This document shows positions 38,721 to 51,897 of a stretch of 64,000 nt of DNA, piece by piece. The position numbers were made by a program, and so were the translations under genes. Numbering within the stretch: the first letter of the stretch is position 1; each line of letters starts with the position of its first letter. The DNA comes from Octopus vulgaris (lineage: Eukaryota), in NCBI GenBank assembly GCA_951406725.2, contig OX597817.1, forward strand, positions 82,274,001-82,338,000, given 5' to 3'. The notes beneath the pieces are model-generated. The model was given only the letters and a program-made list of their open reading frames with translations, searched no databases and had not been told where the DNA came from.

Positions 38721-38728
38721 TATAAAAG
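38721..38728 (+). promoter_or_regulatory. TATA box of the vWA-TSP1 gene
   Basis: TATAAAAG 29-47 bp upstream of three in-frame ATGs (38750, 38759, 38768) that open a signal-peptide exon. Confidence 0.65.
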
Positions 38729-38758
38729 TCAGGGCTTCATCGATTCCTTATGTCAAAA

Positions 38759-38828
38759 ATGACAAAGATGCATTCCCTCTACTGGTTTGCTTTGCTGCTC
38801 TGTGGTGGCAGCTTAGCAGCTAAACCAG
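38759..38828 (+). CDS. vWA-TSP1-vWA secreted matrix protein, exon 1 (signal peptide)
   Basis: MTKMHSLYWFALLLCGGSLAAKP with a hydrophobic core and small-residue cleavage site; donor CAG|GTAAGA, phase 1, in frame with the acceptor at 47487. Start codon uncertain among 38750/38759/38768. Confidence 0.75.
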
Positions 38829-39291
38829 GTAAGAAAAAATTATTTACCATATATTTAACGAATGCAATTACAATATATAACTATTTTAATATAAAACACA
38901 AAGAACATACTTCTTTGCCAGGATGTATACTCGATCTAATTATTTTGCTTTAGGCTTCGACCATTGTAGTCATATAGTTTGACCCTGATAAACACTTCCT
39001 AATTAATCTTAAATTTACATCTTGATAATTATTTAACTTTTTGTTTGTTGTGAAGTTTTTTTCTCGTCTTTGTGTTCTTTAATAGCATTCTCTTTGAAGT
39101 GATATAATGAGAATTTAATACGCTTTTGTCTACAAAATATTTGATTTCTTTCAATGCAATTCTCATCTGATACGATCGATAGAATTATTGCTTAATTTAC
39201 TGGGCAGCAAGTTGAAAATTCGATTCCAATCACAGTCGTTTCGCTGTATCCATTCTGAGGTTTTACCTCAGGGAACCAAAAAATGACGACA

Positions 39292-39292
<1 letters not shown>

Positions 39293-39377
<85 letters not shown>

Positions 39378-39400
39378 CATTATTATTATTATCATTATTA

Positions 39401-39453
<53 letters not shown>
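39293..39453. repeat. (TTA)n microsatellite
   Basis: Direct reading. Confidence 0.95.
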
Positions 39454-39454
<1 letters not shown>

Positions 39455-39489
39455 GCCACCTAAGTGTGTAGTCAATTGTAGAAATAACA

Positions 39490-39560
39490 GGACAAGGTTT
39501 AATTATCGGGCAAGGTTTAATTAAGGACAAGGTTTAATATCGGGCAAGGTTTAATTAAGG
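39490..39560 (+). repeat. four 17-18-bp tandem units (GG(A/G)CAAGGTTTAAT...)
   Basis: Direct reading. Confidence 0.85.
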
Positions 39561-40444
39561 CTCTTTTAAATCTGCGTTCAAATTCATCACTTTGCTTTTC
39601 GTCCTTCTGGGGTAGATAAAATAATAATGAAATTATTGTGTACAGTGCTCAGGTGCACCACAACGTATAAAGTATATGCATTTTCTAAGAGTATATTATT
39701 TCTTGTAAACATGTCCCAAGTCAATAATGAATGTTAGTTTATTCAACAAATTTGGTAATGGAGACAGACATTGGTAAAAATTTGGGCTAAAATGAAGAAT
39801 CTGTATGGTAGTGTCTCCAGTAGTCGGATGGGAATTGTATAAAATACTGCTTTCAAAACACTTCCTGAGACTTTGGATTCTAGCAAGCTTAATGTGCATA
39901 GATAATCACATTTTTATTTGTTTATTTACTTATAGAAACTTTAAGTGGAACCCTAGACTGGAGTATAACAAAAATTTTAATTTTTTCACTAACTCCATTT
40001 TTCTGAAACGCTTAAACACTCAAATCAGATAGTGTATTTCGGTACATGGACACCACCAACCACAAAAATATTTTCAAATCGATCAAAGCAGATCCTAAAA
40101 CGCAAAAAAGAGGCTAAGCCGAATGGGACCACATTGTTTTGTAAAAAAATCCCCCCCATGCAAAATCAATTTATTAAAACTATGAGCAGATGTACATTTC
40201 CTGAGATAATGAGGTACGCTTCGCTGAAGTGGAATCTACAACCTCTGAGGCAGTTTCTGTTTTTTTTCCCCCGTAAAGAAGAGTCCCTCTCCTATTAGAT
40301 GATTCATTCACCTCCAGAGGGGAGGACATGAAAATGAATTCTTCTTTGCCTATGTCCAAACTTACTGTAATCACAACACCTATATCCTGTAATCTCAACA
40401 TCCTCTCCCGAAATCACAGGCCCTGTGCCCAGAATTTGAAAACA

Positions 40445-40545
40445 TTCTTCTTCTTCTTCTTCTTCTTCTTCTTCTTCTTCTTCTTCTTCTTCTTCTTCTT
40501 CTTCTTCTTCTTCTTCTTCTTCTTCTTCTTCTTCTTCTTCTTCTC
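40445..40545. repeat. (TTC)n microsatellite at a SINE tail
   Basis: Direct reading. Confidence 0.95.
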
Positions 40546-40555
40546 TCATTATTAT

Positions 40556-40697
40556 AGAATTCCGCCGAGATCGACTTTGCTTTCATCCTTTCGAGGTCGA
40601 TAAATCAAGTACCAGTGAAACACTAGGGTCGATGTAATCGCCTATTCCCTTCCCCCAAAATTTCAAGGCCTTGTGCCTTCAGTAGAAAGGATTATTA
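40556..40697 (+). mobile_element. 5'-truncated SINE (521-889 family)
   Basis: AATTCCGCCGAGATCGACTTTGCTTTCATCCTTTCGAGGTCGATAAATCAAGTACCAG core plus GGCCTTGTGCC tail. Confidence 0.8.
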
Positions 40698-41084
40698 TTG
40701 TTGTTGTTGATGATGTTTTATGTACAGTCTACGCAACACCTGCAATATAAAACGGCAAGATAAGATATGAAATGTCAAAATTTTAGAAGAATATGACATG
40801 TCCAGTATCAAAAATATGCTGTTGAGAACTGAATGTACATAGGCAGTACATTTTCGAATGCATGAGTGTAGTTCGAAAATTCTCCTTTATGGTATAACAA
40901 TAAGTTGAAGCAATCACTAAAATCTTTACATATTGGGCAAGTTATTGCCTAGATCGATCTAATTGGTGTAAAAAGTGCCATGGCCCATCTAAACAATTTG
41001 AGTTGAAGAAACAGAGCAACAAAAGAATTATATCGTGCAGGCAATAGATACATCTGTCTCAGATCCATACTTGGTCTCAAATTA

Positions 41085-41198
41085 TTGGGTTGTCCGGAAA
41101 GTTCGTGCCGATTTATAGTAGCTTACCTTTCGACTTATTTTAGAACATAGCTGAGTTCATAAAATAGGATTTGACTACACTTCCATTTAGAGCACAGT
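41085..41198 (+). mobile_element. left end of the same mariner family as 26752-26970
   Basis: TA|TTGGGTTGTCCGGAAAGTTCGTGCCGATTTATAGTAGCTTAC. Confidence 0.85.
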
Positions 41199-41809
41199 AA
41201 GCACATGTAAGAAAATAAAGGGCATCAAAGCCATAATCATTTATCAAACAGAAAAAAAAATCTGCTTCACGATAAGCATAAGGATGTTTTCTTCTTTCCC
41301 CAAAAGAACAATTTTAGTTGTCTTCAACTGATATGTGGTGTAATATATTGTTCGTCGGTCGAGGGAGTTGCAAAGGAATTACATAAATGATATTCAAAAC
41401 GGGGGACGAGGTAAAAAATGAAACAAACCGAGTTGGTACGTTGCACATCTGACTGCACCGCAATATTTGGAGAGGTGTAGCACAAGGGATAACTTTATTA
41501 ATTGTTAGCATATCGTCAATTTTGTAGCGTGGTATATGCAGATAGTAACGAAGTAGCCGAAAAGACGTTCAGTGGCAATGTGGTCTATTTAGAAATACAT
41601 GCTTAATGATTCCTGAGAGCTATAGAGCAATTCTGAAACTGCTCCGTCGTGGGTTGAGAAAATAAGTCAGGAAACTAATGTTACAGGACAGAAAGATCAA
41701 TTGTTACACTTGTGAAAGAGAGTCATTTGAGTGGTGTCTACACTGAGGGACTAGAAAAGCCAAGGAATGGAGAGAGCAGCAGGTAACAACGTAATCAGAA
41801 ACATCAACA

Positions 41810-42176
41810 AGGGCAATTCCGAAGTTTGCTCTTCTACCACTGGTCGAAGCAACAGAAATGGTGGGCGGGTGGAATCGACTCGAGCTCGGTTCCAGCAGTT
41901 TGTTCCTTCTCGAGCCATGCATGTTTCCTTGGCGTATAGGTTCCCCACCTGGACGAGACGCCGGTCCATCGCAGGTGAGCTGCAAGATGCAGGAGGAAAG
42001 AGTGAGAGAAAGTTGTGGTGAAAGAGTCCGCAGAAGTTCGCCATTACCTTCTGCCGCAGCTGCGTGGAGCTTAGGTGTTTCGCTCATAAACACACACATC
42101 ACCCGGTCTGAGATTCGAACCCGCGATCCCTCGACCGCGAGTCCGCTGCTCTAACCACTAGGCCATGTGCCTCCAG
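41810..42176 (-). mobile_element. full-length tRNA-derived SINE
   Basis: Minus strand: A box TGGCCTAGTGGTTAGAGC and B box GGTTCGAATCTC; body CTGCGATGGACCGGCGTCTCGTCCAGG. Confidence 0.88.
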
Positions 42177-43489
42177 CAGTGGAAAAGGACGAATCGTCTC
42201 TCTCAACCCGCCATCCTCCTACGACGGTGAGGAGAACATGGAGTTTGCAAGGAGTTAGATAAAACAAGAAGAGGAAAAACAGAAGGTTGATAAAACATTT
42301 ATGAATTATGTTTCCGGATGATGAAAAAGATTTCAAAATATAATTTGTATACTGGAAGATTTCAGTGTACACAGTGTGGGTGAGTGCTTTCGACGTCATC
42401 ACTAAACCTGCAAAACTGTGTGTACATACAATTATCTACGCGTAAATACGTCATTCGAAAAAGCAAATTTTACTTAATTATTCAGCTTGTGTTTCATTTT
42501 CGAATGTTCCGAATGCCATTCCAAATGAAAGATGAAATCATATAAAGGTGAATAAAGAATAAAAATATTTGCTTTTCAAAGTAACAAATATTTATGAGCA
42601 TTACAAACACATACATGCAATATTCTAATTATTAAAACTCAATTATATAGATTAGCAAATTTTTTTAAAATATGCATTATCCTTGATAAGGGCAAAAATA
42701 GATTTTATTATGATAATACTATAATCTTTCATATCAGCCATATTGCATTGATAATTTAATTTCAACGTCCTCGAAAGAATTAGAAGATGGAATTGATATC
42801 ACCAATATTAAAACTTGGAGAAGAATGTATGCAATCGAACATACTTTTATTTCTAGAGAGCCCATTATTTCGTTTTACATATCATAAATATTTGAAGTAA
42901 TATGCTTAAAGTGCCATCGTTTTAATGGCACGGATTATGATTTCTCTTAAACTTTTTTTGTATCTGCCAACTGAACAAGTTGCAGCCACACAGGATTCAT
43001 AATTATCAGATATGCGTGAATGTTTCTTGATTTAAATGAAATTCTCATTATTTACTACAGTAATATTCCCGATATCGACTTTTTGTGTTGGAAACTACAT
43101 ACAAATAGCATATGTGTCCTGTACAGAAATAAATCCGAATAAGTTATTAACAAGCGCCATACTGTTTAGATATTTTTCGTAAGCTTTTGCAGTCTTTCCA
43201 TACAGCAATTCTAGATTTAAATTTTATGTAAATCTGATAAGTAGGACTTGATTATTGTGAGCACTTTCTTCTTATCCTTGTTCTGAACGAAAAAAAGTGC
43301 ATTGAAATATGTGTAGTTTTAGGTTTTCCAGAACGCAATAACCAAGACGTATAAGCAATTATAATAACCGAGCCTGTAATAAGTATGATGCAGAAAATAA
43401 AAGATATTTCATTTGCTCCTCATTTGAAAGGAGCAATTATATATTAAAATAAACTCATGGAGGGTGATGCGAAAATGATTGATTGACAA

Positions 43490-43755
43490 GCGCAAGGTTC
43501 ACTGGTTAGAGCGTCAGACTCATAATCATGAAATAATGAGTTCGATTCCCGGAGCGGGCTGTGCTGTGTTCTTGGGCAAGACACTTTATTTCTCGTTGCT
43601 CCAGTTCACTGGTGCCAAGCTGTATCGGCGTGGAGAGGGGAGGCTGGTATGCAATGGTGACTGTTAATCTTCTATAAATAACCTTGCCCGGACTTTCTAG
43701 GGTCACTTTCTTGGTGCAATCACATGGACATTCGTGACCAAAGAAGGTCATTAGC
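43490..43755 (+). mobile_element. tRNA-derived SINE
   Basis: CTGGTTAGAGC...GAGTTCGATTCCC; GTGTTCTTGGGCAAGACACTTTATTTC core. Confidence 0.8.
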
Positions 43756-44379
43756 TTTTACTCTTTTATATGGAAGAAGCCTGCAACTGACAAAACTTGT
43801 GCCAGCAATCTATAGTTTTAGAGCAGGAAATATTAAGATTCATATCGAAATATTTACATAGTATTGATAAGGGTGTAGTTAAGTCCGAATCTGTCTACGT
43901 CATCAAATGGCGTGACCATCCCGTCATTTTCAAGTATGCTATATCTATGTATATGTTATGTTACGAACAGATAATTGACTGATTTTTCAGAAAACCTGAT
44001 GTTTGATCAAAATTAATAGACAAAACTAAATGCTTCAATAGAGACACATAGATAAAGACTCTAAAGTGCAGACAGTGTAATGAATAATCACAATACTCAG
44101 AATACTTTGAACTTCAAAAGAGAACTAATTTCCATTTGCAGACACAGAAACTTTTTCCAGTTCCTCTGCTCTCATCAAAAAATTTAACTACATGCTCTGC
44201 TAACCGCTATTCTACTCCAAACAAATTTCAGTCTGTCGTCTATAACATGTCTGCTCTCTTGGGTATTCATTTAGCTTCAGCAACTTACTTTTGCCATTCT
44301 TTATAGTACTAGGTATTTTTTTCGTGCAGCTATTGCTCACCTTAATGTTCAACAAGCACAACAATAAGTTAAGTGACAG

Positions 44380-44700
44380 CTGTATCAAAACTTTCTGATG
44401 CTATTAAGAGCTACAATGCTAAAATAGTGCAAATAAACGAAGAGCAAAGGGGTAGGGTTATATAACATTGAGGAAACATTAAACATTTCCTATAAAGGCA
44501 AATACTGAAAGAAAACTTTGTGCATTGCATGGATGTAGCAACCAACAACACAATGGATTACATATAAAGTTCAGATCGCAGTCTTGCAAGATTCGCCTTC
44601 ACGAAAATAACAGATCTTTCTCTCAATGCCATGAAAGGCAAAACAACGTGAAGGCACAGTTGTCTCTGTATGTCCACATTTGGTTATACAGAGACGAAGG
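44380..44700 (+). mobile_element. possible piggyBac transposase C-terminal remnant
   Basis: AIKSYNAK...FVHCMDVATNN...QCHE..LYVH resemble the YNxxM, F..lD.a..NA and cysteine-rich tail motifs; heavily decayed. Confidence 0.35.
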
Positions 44701-45646
44701 AAATACCGTTACCAGCACCATAAAAGCGGTGCTAGATACGATACATACATTTAAGAACGGATCAAAATCACATAGCTCCAGCACACAGAAAAGATCCACA
44801 CCATCTGACAATGCTATGCCAATCATAGAAACTAAAAGCAAAAAACAAGCAAACGAAGAAAGAAAGAAAGAAACAAACAAACACGTTAATAACTGCTGAT
44901 ACATTCACGTTCACATTTTAGAACTTCAAATATGATTTCTCTATTGCTTGTCATCTAACTCGTCGTAATGTTTTACATCGCTTACACCATTTAGACTCAA
45001 CTTATTACTTAAAAGCTCGCTGAAGTGAATGGCACAGCGATCGAAAAAGAAAATTGACGCTCAGTGAGGTAATCGTTGTTTATCTCAAATGTTGGCGCAT
45101 CCCCCCACCACACACACACTCCACTACAAATACGCACACACACACACAAACACACACACATACACAGATCCGTACACAAATAGCGAAAAGACGATGAATG
45201 CATAAACATTTTCTATGTTAAGTTCAGGGTTATCTCGATTCTCTTCTGCTTTCTGGTATATACAATAACCGTAGCTCTATATAATTTGATATATGTAATG
45301 GTAAATCACTTAAAATTTACCTGTTGAAACGAAGAGGGGTTAGAATATACTTGATGAAATCAATGTATGTCTGTAACACATTCACATACATATCTTTGCC
45401 ATTGTGTTACACTGTCGTATGTCCAAATTTGACTAAATGCGTTTTTTTTTCTCAATATTATTTTTGCCTGCAATAGCCGGTTCTTTTGGTCAAACTATCG
45501 TATCTCCAGCTGCTTCAGATACCAAGATTTCAAAACTTCTCAAATTGTAGTACAACTGTTTTGCTAAGGAATGGTGAAATGGTGAAACTATACTTTCGTT
45601 TTCCGAAAAAGCAACGTTTTGGACTTGTGACATAATGGCAAAGATA

Positions 45647-45677
<31 letters not shown>

Positions 45678-45764
45678 ATCTGTGCGTAAATAAATATATA
45701 TTAATATATATTTATTTGCATATGTATGTATGTGTATACCTGTATGTATGTTTATGTGTGTGTG

Positions 45765-45804
<40 letters not shown>

Positions 45805-45806
<2 letters not shown>

Positions 45807-46126
45807 AGTGAATTGAAGAAATGGAGTTGAACGAAGATTGTACAGAATTCCTTTTATTACATTCTACACATGTTTCCAATTGGAAAATTGTGGCCTTTGA
45901 AACATGTGTAGAATGTAATAAAAGGAATTCTGTACAATCTTCGTTCAACTCCATTTCTTCAATTCACTAATTATATTAAACTTCAATTATCCGCACCAAC
46001 GCACGGTGGCAACACCATATGGTCTTATCTCCAACCGTGTTTTTTCTGCTGTGATTTTTGCTACCCAGGTATCGGTTAAACTTTTGAATAATCCGTAACA
46101 AGATAATTCATCTTTCCATTTCAACA

Positions 46127-46128
<2 letters not shown>
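45805..46128 (+). mobile_element. TA-flanked fold-back (72-bp perfect arms) truncated inside a hammerhead
   Basis: 45805-45876 and 45899-45970 are exact reverse complements; the right arm begins GAAAC-AUGU-GUA-GAAUGU-AAUAAA (hammerhead 3' half). Confidence 0.85.
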
Positions 46129-46170
<42 letters not shown>

Positions 46171-46184
46171 AAGGTATATACAGA

Positions 46185-46216
<32 letters not shown>

Positions 46217-46356
46217 ACAAAGGTATATACAGAAATATACATATATATACATATATATATATATATATAAAATAATACAATTAAAATATAAATATATGCA
46301 TATATACATACATATATGTACATACCTACATATATATGTATATATACATGCATATA

Positions 46357-46980
46357 TGGGTACAGGTCATCAAAAAAGCATCAACAAAATGAGAAACAAG
46401 AACGTAAAAAGCAAAAACAGAAAACGAACCTTTTTTCGAAGAACGAAAGAAACGAGACAGGCAAAGTTCCCTTCATCAGTTGTCCCCTGCTTTATCTACT
46501 CCGCGTTTTCGAAGGTAAGGAAAAAACGCGACTTCGTTAACACCGTCTTTCCCGCAAAGCAAATTAAATTTGCGGAGGGTTAACCTGGTAACAAAAACAG
46601 GACAGTAAGAACAAAGCAGTAAAAACAAACGGTGAGGGCTGTTAAGCCAAGACGATATGAAGTGGTGAACGCTGGAAAAATGAGCTTTGAGAAGAGACAG
46701 GCAAAAGTACGTCTTGTCTTAGGAAGGAAGTGAAAGAAAGGAAGATGGATAGCCGTTGGTCACCTGCGAGCAGCGAGAGAGTCACGGAGGAAGAGTGAGA
46801 GAGACAGGGAACAGTGAAGGGGAGAGGAGAAGAATAGGGAAAGTGTAGGAGAGAAAAACAGGAAGAAAGAAGAACAAAAGAGGGAGATACATAGAAAGAA
46901 TAGAGAAGGATAGATTGCGCATCGGAATTATAAAGATAAAACTTGAAAAATGATGTGCGGCGTTCGATCATATAATATAA
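46357..46980 (-). mobile_element. TA-anchored PLE-like element with partial hammerhead motif
   Basis: Minus strand GGGACAA-CUGAUGA-AGGGAACUUU...UGUCUC near 46455-46487 with no GAAA; same layout as 10712-11440. Confidence 0.45.
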
Positions 46981-47107
<127 letters not shown>

Positions 47108-47338
47108 TTCAACAATATAAGGAATGGCCCTGATAGACCATTCGACTCACTAGAAAGAGCAGCCAAACTGAAACCCCTAAATAGTTGTAATTCTGAAATT
47201 GAAAGAGAAATAAAAACATTTACCCATATAAGGGCCATTCCTTATATTGTTGAATGTATATTATATAGTCTTTGACTATATTTTCTTCCTCACTAGACCG
47301 CTGGTAGCGGAGAATTTTCTTTGCTACCCTTATATTTA

Positions 47339-47340
<2 letters not shown>
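47108..47340. mobile_element. TA-flanked fold-back (24-bp perfect arms)
   Basis: TTCAACAATATAAGGAATGGCCCT (47108-47131) / AGGGCCATTCCTTATATTGTTGAA (47231-47254). Confidence 0.75.
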
Positions 47341-47395
<55 letters not shown>

Positions 47396-47486
47396 GTGTG
47401 TGGGTGTGTATATGTATACATGCAACCAGACGTATATTCTTAGTTTTCGATATATGTTTGTAACTATTTTTCTTTATTTTCTGCAG

Positions 47487-47827
47487 ATCTTATGGATTGT
47501 AAAGACAATCCTCTTGATGTACTCTTCTTGGTGGATACTTCCGGAAGTGTCGGTGCTTCCAATTTCAAGACAACTCTTCGATTTGTGAGCAGTTTTGTAG
47601 ATAGCTTTGAAATTGGTCCTAAACGAGTTCAAGTTGCAGTAACAACGTTTGATCATACTGTGATGCCAAAAATCAAACTTAACCAAATACACGATAAACA
47701 AGCTCTTAAAAACGCTATTAATAGTATCCCCCATCATGGCGGTATGACTGCAACTGATAAAGCCTTGGCGTTTGCCAGAACTCAAGCTTTCACTCGACAA
47801 AACGGTGGACGTACAAATGTCACGCAG
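47487..47827 (+). CDS. exon 2: vWA domain 1, N-terminal part (MIDAS DTSGS, T)
   Basis: Acceptor TTTTCTGCAG|AT, donor CAG|GTATGG; DCKDNPLDVLFLVDTSGSVG...GGMTATDKAL...GGRTNVTQ; 341 nt, phase 1-0. Confidence 0.95.
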
Positions 47828-47849
47828 GTATGGATTTTAACTGTTTTGT

Positions 47850-49132
47850 GGATATGAATTGGGAAGAGGGGGATGAACATGTTTGCCTCTCTTACTCAGA
47901 AAGAGGCAGAGAGAAAGTTGTCTCTGAAAGGCTAAGCAGAAGTGGCGAATGCCAACATCGCCTCTGACAGTCGTGCCTTGCCCCAGTTACTGCTTGATTA
48001 GATTGGAGCGTACCCTGTTTATTTTCTTGTGAAAGGGATGCGCTCCACTGGTCAGATGGTCACTTAGGCGTGCTATGGCTTTTGATGCACAGTCACGCAC
48101 TCACGTTGAGTCACTTGCAACGATTTCTAGATGAATGAGTATGGGATCTGTTTGTGAGACACGTTTTTTTCCGCAGCTCGTCTCCTTCATGGATCTGCTG
48201 TCCTAGGTAAATGATAGGCTGTGACAGGGGGCCTGGAGATTAGAATGTCGTCAGACGGTCACTGACCTCTAAAAGTCGGGTAATAGGAACGGTGGATGTT
48301 CTACTTTAGCAATATGTAGAGTGTTAGTAGCTTGGAAATGCGATGACGTCCTCAGGGAGACTCTAGGCACCGACGAAAATGAACTGGCAAGTCTATTATG
48401 GAGGACTTTCCGGTTGGGGACTACTGTGGATAATTTCCAGATGTCTTTGACCTGACAGTGCTACCGGGAGACACTACCGGGGGCCGCTACCGGTTCGAGA
48501 TAAACTCTACAAATAAGGATGTGCTGTCAGACGGGTTTGCCCGAGGTACTCGCAGAGCGACGAAACTGTTCTGCATGCATTCGTTCAGTGCCCGTGCATT
48601 GCTGACTTGTAGAGTTACTTCGAGCAGCTGCTGTCACATGTGGGGCGGATCTGTATGTCAGCCGAATCCATAACGATGATTTCTCCGCAGCCATCCTGTA
48701 ATCAGGTAGGCAGGACAGTTTTCCTTCATCTGGTGGCTGTGATGAAAGAGGTTGTCTGGTGGACGAGGCTGAAAGGAATGAGGACACAGACATTCTTCTT
48801 TAGTAAAACCCACATAGAATTTTTAAAGGTTCACTTGAAAAGGAAAGTGATGGTGGAGAGGGAAGTGTTGTCCTCGAGTGATTTTATGAAAAAGTGGATG
48901 ACAGTTGCGAAAATGGCAGGAGTGGATGGTACCATTCTCAGTGTAGAACTGTGAGTCGGAAGAAAGAAGTTGGAGAGGGCTCCCGTCCATGGTATTCAGG
49001 GTAATCTTGGATGGTGGGGTTCTTCGATTATCACTTGATGTCCTCCTGTATCATGGGGACCCTATTACTACTACTTTCCCCTCTTTTTCTATTGTCTTAT
49101 ATTATTTATACTTCCCTTCTTCTAAAGTTTAC

Positions 49133-49163
<31 letters not shown>

Positions 49164-49240
49164 TAGGATGTATATATGTATATATAAACACCCACACTTT
49201 ATGTTTGTCTTAGTATTGTCCTCCTCATCCTTTGCCCTGG
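47850..49240 (+). mobile_element. Tx1/L1-clade LINE 3' fragment in intron 2
   Basis: VCPRYSQSDETVLHAFVQCP (zf-RVT CCHC-like) followed by KEVVWWTRLKG..HLKRKVMVEREVL; 3' UTR ends at CCAATAACAGAAAT. Confidence 0.75.
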
Positions 49241-49254
49241 TGACCAATAACAGA

Positions 49255-49500
49255 AATCATTATTATTATTATTATCTATTGTCTTTGCACACCTTCTACT
49301 GTGTCAGCTGTTCACTACCAGTGAATTAAGGTAACACCCCTTATTTCTCGAGCACTTTCCGGAGTATTCGAGCGGTTCCAAGCAGTTCTGTTTTCTGCAA
49401 GTGCTCCACCCTTTTTGCAACCCCTATTTGTTCCACGTACTTCTCGAGATTTTCGCTCACTGTCCCCAGGGCTCCAACAATTATTGCTACTACTGCTACC
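49255..49500 (-). mobile_element. R4/Dong-type LINE 3' end between (TAA)n tracts
   Basis: LQKTELLGTARILRKVLEK* C-terminal motif. Confidence 0.75.
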
Positions 49501-49521
49501 TTTTTCATCGGTCACAACTGA

Positions 49522-49554
<33 letters not shown>

Positions 49555-49570
49555 CATCATATTATTATTA

Positions 49571-49641
<71 letters not shown>

Positions 49642-49642
<1 letters not shown>

Positions 49643-49958
49643 TATGTTTGACTTTTGCTTTATATTTGTACAAGTTGGCTCCAAGTCTCACCCAGAGACC
49701 TCAAGAGACAACAGGCTGGAAGTTCATGTTGTTGTTATGCCTAGTGTGCCATATATTTGGTGGGGGGGTGTTGTACTAATGAATGTCTAAAAAAAAAATT
49801 TTTTTTTAAACCGAAAATTAAGTTTGTTTTAAACCTTGAGATTACATAGAAAGTATTTTGCGTAGGATATGAGCAGTTCCCATGAGCACTATCTTTTGAA
49901 TTTCTGCCATTTTGGGGTTTCCTGGTATCTGAGTTAGGTAGCTATCAGCCCCTTTTGC

Positions 49959-49960
<2 letters not shown>
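49642..49960 (-). mobile_element. second R4/Dong-type LINE 3' end inside a (TAA)n tract
   Basis: AKGADSYLTQIPGNPKMAEIQKIVLMGTAHILRKILSM* plus 3' UTR, with TAA repeats on both sides. Confidence 0.8.
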
Positions 49961-50002
<42 letters not shown>

Positions 50003-50009
50003 TATTATT

Positions 50010-50215
50010 AAGGGAGCGAGCTGACAGAATCATTAGCATGCCAGGCAAAATGATTAGCGGTGTTTCGTCCGTCTTTACATTCTTGGTTCAAAGTTCATCG
50101 AGGTCTTCTTTGCGTTTCATTCGTTCGGGATCGATAAATTAAGCACCAGTAAAACAGTGGAATCGATGTAATCGACTAACCCCTTTCCTCCAAAATTTCA
50201 GGCCTTGTGCCTTTA
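50010..50215 (+). mobile_element. SINE (521-889 family)
   Basis: AAGGGAGCGAGCTGACAGAATCATTAGC head; core; GGCCTTGTGCC tail. Confidence 0.8.
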
Positions 50216-50250
50216 AGTGCCTTTAAGAGAAAGAATTATCATTATTATTG

Positions 50251-50341
<91 letters not shown>

Positions 50342-50353
50342 TATTATTATTAT

Positions 50354-50826
50354 TGAGTGAAAGAGCAGTGCATGCCATCAAAGTGACACTGGGGTAAAAT
50401 ATACGAAGCCCAATATACCCATCATGACTACCCGTCTGATAAAGGTACACCAGGCACATGAATCACAACCATATGTGCGCGACATGGTGATCTCATATCA
50501 AGATAAACAGCACATGACCTTGCAGGTGGGGCCCAGTTAGAATTTTCTTCAGGTTGAGTAGCCCATCCTGCTCAAAAGGTCCCTGAATAAGGGTTGTTTA
50601 AGGATGTTGAAAGAACCACCCATGTTTCCAGAGGTGAATTATTCAAACCCCAAAGAATTCCTCTCAAGACATGGCTATGATGCTCCCCCACTACTTCTGC
50701 TCGTGATCAGAGATGCACATATCGTCAGCCACTAAGGGACATGCTCAACTGGTTAAGGTCAAACAACTGACAAGCAAATCTGTGGTATTGAGCAGAATAT
50801 TTGCTGTAGCCCATCTTTTATACCAA

Positions 50827-50827
<1 letters not shown>
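50354..50827. mobile_element. ~470-bp non-coding insertion splitting a (TTA)n tract, probably the 3' UTR of a TAA-targeting LINE
   Basis: GC-richer block sharply bounded by (TTA)n on both sides; no ORF; class inferred. Confidence 0.5.
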
Positions 50828-50895
<68 letters not shown>

Positions 50896-51364
50896 CAGGT
50901 TAACAGTTAGACTTCCTTATTGTTTTTGCTTACGCCCCTACATATTCTGCTTATTCTTTTGGTGTTTACTGTCAAGGATTTATTGAATTCATAAGTTGAT
51001 ATAGAAACAGTAAATCTATTTATCATGACTCGCAGCGATAGTAGTACGAGGTTGCATTTAGGAAACATGAAATAATTTGTCAATCTGAACTTATTGTACG
51101 AATTTAGAGGCTTAAGAGAAATTGGCCTCAGCAGATTTTCTGTTGAAAGAGGTCAGATAGATGAGCGATGGAATAGATATCTGGACAATAATATTGCTGT
51201 AAATTAATTCTTGTTATTTTACTTTGTGAGTTGAAATTCTGCTGAATCAACCCCACTTCATCTGTCCTGTCATAATGGAAAATGTCACATGATACATTTA
51301 TGTCAGTTGAATCCGTTATGTTTAAAATGCAATACATTTACTCTGTTGTTCTATAATATTATAC

Positions 51365-51585
51365 AACGTATAAAAATGCTAGCTGACAGAATTGTTACTG
51401 TGCCAGGCAAACTGATTTTTCGTCCATCTTTACGTTTTGGGTTCAAATTCCGCCGAGGTCGATTTTGCCTTTTATCCTTTCGGGGTACATAAAACAAGTA
51501 CCATTGGAGCAATGGGGTCGATGTGATCGTTCTACGCCCTACCCCAAAATTGCTGGTTTTATGCCAGTGTTTGAAACCGGTATTA
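51365..51585 (+). mobile_element. SINE (521-889 family)
   Basis: GGTTCAAATTCCGCCGAGGTCGATTTTGCCTTTTATCCTTTCGGGG core. Confidence 0.8.
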
Positions 51586-51668
51586 TACAACGCATCAATG
51601 TATAGACAGTTAAATATTCAACGTATATAACAAATATATTTACCAGTTTCCATATTTTGAATTTTCAG

Positions 51669-51897
51669 GTTGTTGTTGTTCTTACAGACGGAAGATCAGG
51701 TAACAAGGTATCGACAAAACATGAGGCGGACCTGATACATCAAACAAACATACAAGTATTTGCAATTGGAATTGGCAAAGGTGTTGACCAGACCGAACTT
51801 AAATCTATAGCTTCTACACCAGATATGGTTTCAACCGTCGGAAACTTCAACGAGTTACGGAAAATCCAAGACAAGTTGCATACACAAACTTGCACAG
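51669..51897 (+). CDS. exon 3: vWA domain 1, C-terminal part (LTDG)
   Basis: Acceptor TTTTCAG|GTT, donor CAG|GTGAAT; VVVVLTDGRS...VFAIGIG...ELKSIAS...TQTCT; 229 nt, phase 0-1. Confidence 0.95.

Noticed and set aside
42100-42176. tRNA-like A and B boxes (also 56469 and 59151)
   Set aside because: No acceptor stem or cloverleaf, and each continues into a repeated SINE body, so these are SINE heads rather than tRNA genes.
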